From Hydrolagus colliei (taxonomy: Eukaryota): 64,000 nucleotides of DNA. The notes beneath the pieces were generated by a model. That model searched no databases and was not told the origin of the DNA. It saw only the letters and a list, made by a program, of their open reading frames with translations. Where the stretch lies: assembly GCA_035084275.1 (NCBI GenBank), contig CM068743.1:59148001-59212000 (forward strand). Reading direction: 5' to 3'. Shown here piece after piece: positions 39,301 through 51,300 of the stretch. The position numbers were made by a program, and so were the translations under genes. Within the stretch, counting starts at the first letter, position 1; every line of letters starts with the position of its first letter.

Positions 39301-42300
39301 ATTTCAGTCAAAATATTTTAGTAAAATGTTTGTACTGAGAGTTTCTTTTTAATGATATCTGGAAGGAAACTTAAGAAGTTCCCTTGTCTTTCTTGACTAA
39401 TACAAAAAAATCCTGTTGATTTGCATGGCTGGAATCAAAAGGAAACAAAACTTTGTTTATTGATGACCAGTGCTTTGGATTAACTCCCCCATAATCCAAA
39501 ATCATTTGTGTAGAGCTGAGTTCGAAGAGATTCAAAAGTATATGTAGACAGAGATAATAGTGCTGGAATATCCTGCTCCCTTGTACAGTATCAACATTTA
39601 GCAGTACAGTCTTATTTAGTGCACAGTTTCTAATCATTAGGTGTGAATTCCAAACACATGCTACTGTTCATGTTCACCTGCCCAACTGTTGTATTATACC
39701 TTGCATTTTGAGGAACAGCAGCAACAAGAAGTTTGTGCTGGTGAAGTGTTAAGTAGTCATAGAATGGAAAAGGAACCGTAAAAAGGAAAATGAATAAGGA
39801 AGGTAAGAGAGCAAAGCAAACTTCTTGGCTCTGCTAAAATCATACTGAGTTAAGTAGTGCATTAGTTCTCCATTATCAGACGTTGTCAATTTTTTTAACT
39901 AATGATCATTTTGGGGGGACAAAAAAGTGTAATATAGATATGTAACATTTGCAAGGCCTTCCCAACCCTGACACAAACTATATTGTGGATGCAAAACATC
40001 ACTCAGCTGGTACTGTATCAGTAGCACTTTGGATCTGATGATACAATACCAGCTGTACATCCAAAAGAACAATTGGATAAAAAAAATGTTGGTCAGCCTC
40101 GTGACTGACATGTGCAGAAATCATCATAAGAGTATCCAAACTAGACATCACCATCATAAGAGTATCCAAACCAGACACAGGCTTACACCTCTCATATACT
40201 TAGATTACTTGGTGTCTAAACTGGAATGTGACCTCTTTTCCCGGATGGGTTCATCCTACTTGAATATTACAAAAACAACAACCAGGTATATTTAGTGCTG
40301 TCCACATGGATACATGTCAAAGTGTTTCACAATGGTTAGGTTGTACTCCAAAGGTATGGGTTGGCAATGGGCCAAGCTTGGAGCCCCCAGTGTTTGCGTT
40401 GGGGTAGGGCTAGGGTTTATTCAGATAATGGAGTTCATCTAAGAAGAACACTGTCTGGCAAACTTCCCTCTTCTTATCTGGCTACCAGACCTTTAAAGCT
40501 TTGGCTTACAGACTTAACAAGAGCCAAGTTGGGATAATCTTTGGACTGGCTAGTTTGTCCCCACCAAGTCCTGCTGATTAACCAGGCTGGCACCTCATTC
40601 TTGCCTGACTGATGAACCAGGCAGACTGACACTGCCAGAAAGTTCATCTGTTATAACATTCCCTTACCAAACTGGAAACAAGAGCCAGTACACTGGTAAC
40701 GAGACCCCGCTCAGCTGCCCCAAACTGATGATAAAAATGAATAATATGTTTGATAAACCCTGACAATAATAACCTCAGTCAGATCACCAATGAGAAAAAA
40801 ATGTCTGATTATCTGCATAACCAATATTATTTTGTGAAAGCTGCTCACAATGGACACTTCACAGAAATCTTCCATTTACTTTCTAAATTGGGCAGTCCAT
40901 ATATGTATTTATAAAACAATATTTTATCCATGTCGTGCACAAAATTCAATGCGAAACACACAAACCTGTGCAGTTTCCCACATAGTACTGATATCCCAAT
41001 GCTGACAATTCTCACCAAATCACAAATAAGAGGTAAAAAAAATATTTAAAACTCTGAAGAATAAAGGATATCTAATTAAATTGACTGCATAGTTAATGAA
41101 AATTTAATTAAGTCATTTATCTGTCCGAGATCAGTGCTGTTTTCTTTTAATAGTGTCTAGCTTTTCTCCAGCGGCAGACTTCAAACCGTTCTCTGGTATG
41201 CCATAGCTAAATAAGTTATCCTTCACCAGATATCTAACATAAATAGCCTGAGGAGTTTCTGAAATGGAATCATAATGTCAGAAATTTCTTTGAAAGGTTT
41301 GCCACACTTTGCTAATATTGTATTTCTTTAATCGCTGGTCTTTATGTGTCCGCCTGACCTTACTGCACTGGGCAGAAAGCAAACTGCATTATCAAAGCCC
41401 TTCACCCCTGAGAGAGTGAGTGGCCCTTTCTGAGACTTCCTGTCTCTGACAGCTGAAAGGAATTACAAGGAACACTGTTTGCTGTCTTGCGGGCACTCTG
41501 CTGTTCAATTGTTGTGACTCTTCTTTATGGGGGTTGCAATGGTCAGTAATTGCTTAACTTTAGCAAAATGCCTCATTTAGAGATAATTGATTTATTTTGA
41601 GAGAGGCCACAAAAATGGCCTCATAATCTATAGATCATTTTGTCAAAACATGTCTGACTTCCTGATTTTGTTCCTCTCAAATCAAGAACAAAGCCTTTGG
41701 CAGTACACGATTAAACTATATGGGAAATGGATAGGCGGTTAGCAGAACCTTTATGGGAATGTATATAATGTGTTGGGGGTTGGGGGGAGGAAGAGACCAT
41801 CACAGTAACCAGCCCTCTGCCCCTCTGCACCACCCATATCGGTGGCATACAGATTTGAATGTCCTCAAGTTGATTGATGTCTCAGTGAAACTGCCACTTG
41901 CTCTCATTATCTTTACCCCAATCGCTTTTTGTGATGGATATGAAATAGCTTGAATAGCAGCTTAAAACATGAGCACCAAGATGAAGTACTGCCCTACTAA
42001 AGTTGATATCTATTATTTGATTAGAAATCCAAAACGTGTCTCTTCAGAGATATTTAATGGAGCTCTATGGTCTGGTGTGGAAATGTTAGCCATTTGAAGG
42101 AAATATTATAATGTTATATGTGGAAAGAGTAGGAATTGAAGTCTTAACCCCACTGAAGCAGCAAAGGTTCAGTGGGACAAAAAGTCTCCTTCTAAACTGT
42201 CATTCCTTTGAACTCATAACAGGGAAAAAGAGAGGAAAATTGGACAGAGTTATTTATTATGATCCATTATCTATAAATATAATTCATCTTGAGTTCAGGG

Positions 42301-45300
42301 ATTGATACTACTGGCAATTTAGGGTGATCCATGGTGCAGCTTGTCTGATGTCACCTTCATTCTTCTGTGGTGACAAGAGATACAAGAGATCTATGGTGAA
42401 ATAAAAGGAATTGATAGAAAATTAAATAATAGTAATGTAGAATTTGCCTGTCCAGTTACAGATTCCTGTTAAATAGATCTGTCTTCTCAAATTTCCACAT
42501 TTTAATTCAACTTATTCGAACTCTGAGATATTTTAACAACTTGCATTTCCATAGTGCCTTTTTAAACAAGGCAGCATCTTGGAGAGCTGTATAGCAATAG
42601 TACCGGACAACAAGCAGAGTGGCTGGAAAAGCAAGAAAGAGCCAGGTGACCATAGCCATAGTTAAATAGGTAGGTTTTTATGCAGCCTTTGGTGACAAAT
42701 AGAGAATGGCAAGATAAGGGGGTTGAGAAAAGGAAAACCAGCGGGTGAGAGCAATATGATTGAAGGCTTGATGGCCGATGGTGAGGTGGAGTGGATGAAG
42801 AATATGCAGCCGAACTGAGTTTGCTGAGTGAAGGGTGAGTGCAGGAGAGTGAGGCTGGAAAATGTCACATTTACTGTCTCACGGACATCTGCTGTTCAAT
42901 TGTTGTGAATCTTCTTTATGGGGCTTGTAGTGGTCAGTAATTGCTTAACATTAGCAAAATGCTTTATGTCAGGCAGGGAGATGTGAAGAGTGAGGATCTT
43001 GAAATTGATTTGTTCGGAAATCGGAAATGGGCAGCTAGTGAATTTGCAAATGTGTAATTTTAAATAAAATGATAATCTAGAGTCTCACAATCACTTACAT
43101 AGTAATGCTGCACATTAAGTAAAGGTCCACTGGTAGTGCTCTCATCTCTGAGTCAGAAGGTTGCGTATTCAGATTTAGGATTGTAGATATCAATAGAAGA
43201 AAGAATAGGAAGAATGCCAGTTCTGAACAGCCATTTGGGGGCATACATTTGCAAAAAAGGCAGTGACTTGTCCTGGGGGACAGATCCACAATACTGGCAA
43301 TCCACCAATTTCTTCACCCAACTGTGCAAGTTTAAACAATTAGTATCCGCAGGCTATTTCACCATGGGGGTGAAGTTACAGTTGAGACTGATCCTGTCCA
43401 TGCACACTTCTAGTGGAATAAATGGATTTACGGTCTGTAGAAAGCCCAGGCTGTTTCCAGTAGTGAGGTATTTAAATGAACCGCCTACAGGACGAGTTGA
43501 GTGCTCCACTGGTAATCTGCAGCATCAAGCTTACTGTTGCAAGCCATTAAGTGTAACGACGCAGGGAGGTTCATGAATGTCAAGGCCTGATGGTTGAATC
43601 CTGTTCGATGAGTTTGGGATTGATAATATCTCAAGCAAACCTCAAATAGGATCACGTTTCTCAGAAATGGACATGGTTGCGAGCTACCATTAAAGTGTAT
43701 TTATACTGAGAAATCCTCAATCAGGTTTTAGTTGAAATGGAAAATGTGACACTAGAAATGTTGAGATCATCTGATTATCAACACTTAGCCATTTAGTGTT
43801 TCAGAGTGGCTCGGACTGTCAGCTTCATGGGACATTAAATCTTTTACTTTACATGGAGGAGCTGATCAATAGCATAATTTGAAAGCTTGTTGGACCCTAC
43901 ATTGTTCTGTTTTGGTTGGTCAGCTAATAGGCAGATTGACCATCATACCCATCACTGTGATTAAGAATATCTAAACTAGAATGAGTGTTCTACTTGATAA
44001 TCACAATAATAATCCTTGTAGCAAACATGGCAGCCCAGTTGTGCATAGCAATGTCCCACAAATAGCCATGAAAGGAATAGCCAATTTTATTTGTGGGATT
44101 GTTGGCCAGGACACCGTGAGAACTCCCTTCTCTTTCTGAACTCTTTAACATTCACCTGAACTGGCAGATAGAACCTCAAATTAACATCTGATCCAAAAGA
44201 CAGACATGCCATCTACATATAGAAATGCTCCTGTGTCAGGAATGGGTTGGAATGTGCAATGAAGTATAAGGCACACGTTAGTGAGAGTCACAGTTTGGAG
44301 ATCCTAGAGTATATGTTGAAGTTTGATCAGCTGAAGCCAAGAGCAATTTAGAGCACTGTTTAGCAAGCTTCCTAATTGCTTGTCCAGCTAGATTTGCCCT
44401 ACCTATTAGAGCACGGGTTGCAGGGTTTTTAGAAATTCAGTGTGACGAATCCCTGGACCAAGTAGCTGGTCTGCCCCTTCATGTCCTGTCAATGAGTCAG
44501 GCTGGTTGATCTGTCATCAGTTGTGCCCTGGAGGAACTGCGCACCCTCTTGGCTCAGGAACCAGACGAACAAAACCACTGCAGATGGTTGAATCAATTAT
44601 TTGATTATGTTGCCACTTTGGAATAAGCTCAGCTCCAAGGAGACCCCATTTACCCAAGCTTGCCTCCTCTAAGGAGTATATGTCGTTTGTCTGCAATGAC
44701 TGCACATGTAAAGAGATTTCAGAAAAATTTGCACTGTACCAACATTGCCCGTTACACATCAAGGCCTGTGGTGCAGATCATTGCATTTAAACAGACAATA
44801 TATCATTTGATGAACTGCTTCAAAAGAATATATCAAATTAAAAAATTGGGGCAAACAACGTGACATTTGATGTGATACTCATCAGAGGTGATAATTACTC
44901 CATTGTGGAATTTTGTAGCTCAGAGTCGAAGGCTGATACTAGGCAGTCCTGTGGGGTGCAATATATTGTTCAAAGTATTATCCTTCAAATCAGATGTTAT
45001 CCCAAAGTCATATCAATCTGTTCATATGGGTGTTAGAGGACCCACTGCACTGTTCAAAATGTGAAGAGAGTTTCTGTTAGTGTGCTAGCCAACAATTCCC
45101 CAGATAAATTAATAATTCATGGCAAGGCTATATGTGAAGCATCTACATACCCTGCATGAGGGGAGCTATATAAATGCAAATTGTTGTATTTGTGGTATTG
45201 CTGTACACAATTGTCTGTCATGTTCACCTGCAAAATACACAATCATTACATTTTACAGTAAATTCCTGTGAAATGCTTTGTGATGGACTCCTGATATGAA

Positions 45301-48300
45301 AGATGTTATGTCAAATTTAAGTAATTCATCAAAGCAGTTTACGCTGATTTCAGGATGATTTTTTTTCTTACCAATTTTGTTTTGTCACTATTACCAGCCT
45401 GTTCATGTGGGTGTTAAAAGTCAAGTGTTTCAGCTCAATTTCAGAAGATAAAATTTGTTTGTTTTGGGGCTCCAGTGCCCAATCAGAAGTATAATACTAC
45501 ATGCTTCATTTTCACCGCCAAATGTCCCGATACATCTCAAGAACACTGTCGCTTGTTCCCACACATAATTCAAGGTAGAACCTGCAGTGCCATTGGCTTC
45601 AGATCCATGACAATTTGAAGATGTTCAAGTAAACAGAACTTAGCAATGGAAAGGAGGCACTTTAGCTGCAATGGATTTAATGTTCCCTCAATAGGATAAC
45701 ATTTAGCATACTACTGTTTTTGTCACATTATTAACTTTCTGTTAGCTGTCAGATAGTGATTTAAAAAGACATTTTTTTAAGCTCATAGTTTCCAGATGTC
45801 AAGTGAAGTTTGTCATGAGAGTTAAATTCCCCAATCTTCTGGTAAATTGGATTCTTGATGTGCAAATTATTAACATATTTCAAGCCAGAATCTAAAACAT
45901 GCTCAGTGTGCATCATAAGCACAATGTGGATTAACTCTTTCAAGCGATATAACTTTTTTTACTACAAGCATTAATGATCAGAGCTTCTTCATATCAGACC
46001 AAACTGTTTAGAGTATTGGAGAACATAGTCTAAAATGCAAACTAAATGAGCAAAACCGTGATTGGGAATCAAAAATTAGTCTCAACTTCCATCCTCAGCT
46101 CCAGTGTCCATTCCTAATTATTCAGCACTTAGATTGCTCCTTTACTGTCCTCCTGACAGTAAAGGAGCAATCTAAGTGTGAATTGTATTATATTGAGTGA
46201 AGTCCACAATTAGGTAGGTTTACCATGCTCTGTTTAAAATGAGATCTTCTGGACTAAATGGTATTTTGTACTTTCATGTTTCCTTGTGCTTGTCTCTTCC
46301 AATTTCCCCTTTCAGCGAATTTTGCTAATTGTGTTTTGCTTTCAAATATTCCCTATAATGTGATAATATGGTAAACTTTATGTGGGTTGCAAATGCTGAT
46401 TGCTGTAAATCTGAAAGAAACAATAATAATGAGGTTAATTTTTTAAAATAATACACTGATTATTCATGAAATATGTGATGTTTCTTAACAGATCTTCCAA
46501 TTTGTTAATAAATCAATTGATTACCTGAAAAAGCACTAGTCTTAGCCTTTAAAACCAACACATATTCAAAATTAATGTAGGTATTTTGATTGGCTGCCGC
46601 ATTTCACCCACAAAATATACAGTCCCAATTCACTTAATAATAATAATCCTTGCATTTGATATAGTGCTTCTCATGTCTTCTAGACGTCTCAAAGCGCTTC
46701 ATAGAGTTTACTATAAAGTGAATTGACTGTATAAATGTGGGCAAAACACGGCAGCCAATTGTGCACAGAAGTGACCCACAAACAGGTGTGGGTTGAAATG
46801 ACCAATTTTTTATTTTTTTTTAGGGATTATTAACAGGTATGTGGAGTAAGGAAACTTGCCCAAGGTTTCATCCTAACCTGCCTGGAATCAAACCCAGGTC
46901 TCTCGCTTGTAAGGCAGTGCTCTAACCACTGAGCTAAGGACTCCACTGTTTAATCTGTGAAGGGCTCTGAGACATCTTAAAGATGTGATAAAGCTCTATA
47001 TCAAATGCAAGTATTACTATAGAAATTCGTAAATTTGGTCTTGGTTTAGAGACCAGTTCTCTTCAATAATTGTGACAAAGCATCTTACAAATTATGGCTG
47101 AATAATAATTTCCAAAGTTTCACTCAATTTTAAATTATAAAAAATAAATGGTTTAAAACAATAAGACAAGGTGTATTTGGGGTCTTGAATCTCTGAAAAA
47201 AAACAATTTCCAATTAGTAAGATTGTTACAGGTATAACACTGAACACACCACCTGACTTTAACACAATGGTTGGGCCCATAGTTTCCAACAATTTTACTG
47301 CAGCCAAAATTGTTGCCGAGCAAGGAATGTGGCTTTACACTGCTTCATAAGAAGTGCTTCCCCTTGTTATGAAGAAAGATTCACAATCTATTGCGGAATG
47401 GCGTCAGGTTTAATCTTACTGAAAGAGTGGAGGTGGGGGGTAGGGGTAAACCCATGGACCAATGCCTTTACTTATCAACATTTTTCACGGTTACAATCTC
47501 CACTCGAATTGTGTTAATCTACCTCAATTGTTAGCACTCTGATGTCTGAGTCAGCAGTTTGTGGGTTCAAGCCCCACATCAGTACTTGGAACCTATTTAG
47601 TCCGTTTTTACTTTCCAATGCAGTACTAGGGATCCATTGCATTATAGGAGGTGTCGTCCTCCAGATGATATGTTAAACTGAGGTCCTGTCTTTCTGTCCG
47701 AGTGAATGTTAAATAATAATAATCCTTGCATTTAATATCGTGCTTTTCACCATTTCTGGACATCTCAAAGCACTTCACAGTACATATTGTATAGTGAATT
47801 GACTGATTTTTGTGGGTGAAACGCGGCAGCCAATTACACACAGTAGTGTACCACAAACAGTCATGGATTGAAATGACCATTTTATTATTTTTTGTTCAAG
47901 GGATTATTATCAGGTACATGGAGTAAGGAAAGTAGCTAAAAAATTAAAGATTTTGTTGCTTTAGCCTACAAAATCATACCCCTTTACAGTGCATCCTGTG
48001 AAGTATTTTGAGACATTTCAAAGACATGATTGATATGGTGCTATAACAAAGACAAGTAATAATATTACTGTATATTATTATTTCTAAATAGCAGGGGAGC
48101 TGGAGAAGAACTAATTAGCATTGCACCAATGTTACCTAAATATATAAATTGAGCATAGATAGAGTTATACAGTCAGTTTGAGAAAAGTGTAAAGGTCTTC
48201 ACAAAACATGAAATAGTATTGTATTAATAGGATGAATTATTATTTTGGTTTGTGTCTACAAGCCACACTATTGTGCTGAGTGCACTTTTAACACGCACGT

Positions 48301-51300
48301 ATATCAGAGTATGTTTTTTTTTATGGACTAATAATGGTATTATAATATTATTGTAGTCATTTTTATTAAAAGAGAAACTGAATTTCCTTTTTGTTACTTC
48401 TATATAACCGAAGCGTCTCAAGTCACACAGCTGCTGTATTCCATGTCTGCCTGAGAAAATAATGAGCAGTTTTAAGAAGCTGCTCAGTACTAAATGCTCA
48501 TAGTGAAGTAATCATCTCTTGACTGACAGTGTGAGAACATCTGTTGAAGGGATTTATTGACTAGGCCTCAGGTTTTCACAATGTTTATTATGGTACTGAC
48601 CTAATGAACTTAATTTGTTGACATGTTTCTCCAAGTGTCTTACTTGATCCCTCTCACATTTCTTCCTACTGTGTTGTTTCTATGGTAACAGCAGTTCCAG
48701 GAGCATCAGCGTGTCCAGCACCTTCGAGTGTACCAGTCTCAGATGGCTCTGGTTGGCATGACAGGATTAGACAAACACAGGCCTGTTTCCAGGACACAGT
48801 CCTCCCCTGCTGCTTCCACATTACCACACCCTTCGGCAGACCAGCCCATCATGCACGTCTATACCACTGGTAGGAGTCCCAAAGGAAATCTTTAATTAGG
48901 CGCTCTAAATTCAGTATTCATAGGAGCTCAACAGATTTCAATGCTGTAAATACCATAAATTGCAGTTTTGTTACACTTCTGCTATCGCTTCTTTTTATTA
49001 TTGCTTGCTGTCTCAAAATATATTTAGTTTATATAAAAGTAATTCAAAGCGGTTCATTATTGTATAGTTTATTAAAACCCAATAATCAGCTGCTAGGTGA
49101 CCAAATATACAGATATATTTTACATCAGCGTTTGCCTTGTTCTAGAAATAAATTCATCAAAGCAACCATCCATTGTTGGCCATAGTGTCAGAAGGGGATT
49201 CTGTTGTACAGCAGAAGAAATGCAGTTGAACAGAGGCCATTCTATTAGTCCCCTATTCTAATATGCTGTTGACTCAGGGGCTATTGCCCAATTACAGTAA
49301 ATGTTCTGACCTTGGTGGAATACAATGAAATCTTGGTTACATTGGCAATAGTTAAGATTCATAAAATTCCAACCTACGCCAACAGTTTGCTGACCATGTG
49401 CTCACAAAGGCAGTCAGTTTCCCGCAGTAAAAAATTGTCTATTTCTGTGAATCGAGTTGGTTTTGACATCACTCCCTGCACACTGTGTGGAGATGCAGAA
49501 AGCACAGTTGGTAGCAACCAGTTAACCAGGAAGTCAAGCCTTTTTTTTCAATGCATGGAAGCCAGCCAAACTGGTCCAAAGCCGCAGTCAAAGTGAACAG
49601 CGAGTTCATAGATCACCTGCCTTATAAGCAAAGCGGTGTTAAAACAGTGGCCTTATATCTAGATTCTACTATACCATTGTAAAGGCATAGCAAAAATATC
49701 TCTGTTTTTAAAAACTCAGCGAAAAATAGACCTCAAAGCTGAAGCAAGGTAAGAAAACTGACGCGTAAGTTTAGCCTAGATGATACATTCCATTTCTCAA
49801 AAACATCCCACGAGATTTTTTTCCCCAAAAAAAGGTAAACCAACAATTAAATTAAATGAGGTAACAGCTTGGTGAACAATTCCAGTTGCTCTCCACAGCA
49901 TGTGCCAATGGTTAAACAAGCAACCAATTAATCCAACAGAGGTTTGGACATATGCTCAAATTTATAATCTTTCAGAATGGGTGAGAAAAGAGATGAACCG
50001 ATTTTATTTTGTATTGATCAACTAAATTAAATGTAATACTTTTGTACTCAGTGACAAATTAAATAATGGCAGAAACATTTGAAAATATCTAAGACACTGG
50101 AACCTATTTCACGTCATGACCATTGTGTGAATTTATAATGTAATATTCATTGCATCTATTCTAAAGATGTATTGAAAAGATCCAAAGTGTTAATGATTGG
50201 AACATACTTACTGTGACCCAAAACAATGAGAAATCCACGATTACACTTCTCCATGCCATTGGCTATTTGTAACTTTTTTTTAGAAAAAAGCAAACAACAG
50301 CACATGAATCTTTTGAGGATTAGACCTATCAAATTGCTAAACCCATGCTACACAAGCAATTCTCTGCAAATTGGTGTTGAATGTTTTAAAATAAAGTTAG
50401 TGCAAGTACAGAGCCAGTGAAAAATACTCAATTGACTATTCATTAAGTGAACAGCAAAACTGTAATCTTGCTATATGCAGAAATGCTGCTTATATCCTCA
50501 AAGGTATACTGAACAAACACAATTTTTTTGGTACAGTGACTTTGTACATTAATTCAAATTGAAGCCTAAATCTTACACTTTGCTCGAACTTACAATTCAT
50601 TAACTTAATTCAATTTTTTTGCTGCAGCGCTGCACTGTTTTGTTACAAATGAAATGGGTTGAGCTACTATTGACAATTTAATACTAGAGTTGCATTGAAA
50701 CTGTGTGCTGTGGAAAAGTGTGTGGGACCAAATGAGCACCTATCTACCTTTGATGTAATTTATACTTTATATCAAAGTGGAAAAGCATGGCCATTGCATC
50801 GTGAATAAAATTACATTGTCAAGAGAGAGGTTTCTTTAGCAAATGAAGGGACTCTAGCTCTGTCTCTATTCTTTTATAAACTATTTTGATAGGATTCATT
50901 GCAACATGGTGCTTGGCGGACTAAAACATTTCCATCCCATAATCTAATGGGGTTGCAATAGTTGATTTCAGTGTGCATGTACACAGCTATTTGTTAAGTC
51001 TACCCTAAATTTTTTGACTATCAGGTCATTAGGTTACCACCAATGTCATCTGTTGCATACTGTGTATCGACATCTCTCTGGAAGTGATACCATCAGCGAC
51101 CTAATGAGCAGGAGGTTGAACATTGCAAGAACAGAGCCATGCAGTATAAGCAAAATGCGTTGGCTGGCTGAGTGTGTGTGCAATGAATAGGGTCCACACC
51201 ACATTCACGTTTCAAGGGAAATAATGAACCAAGTTATAATGGGATTCTACTCCATCACAAGAACTTTGCTAAATTTATGCATTTTAAGATGACAGTCATT

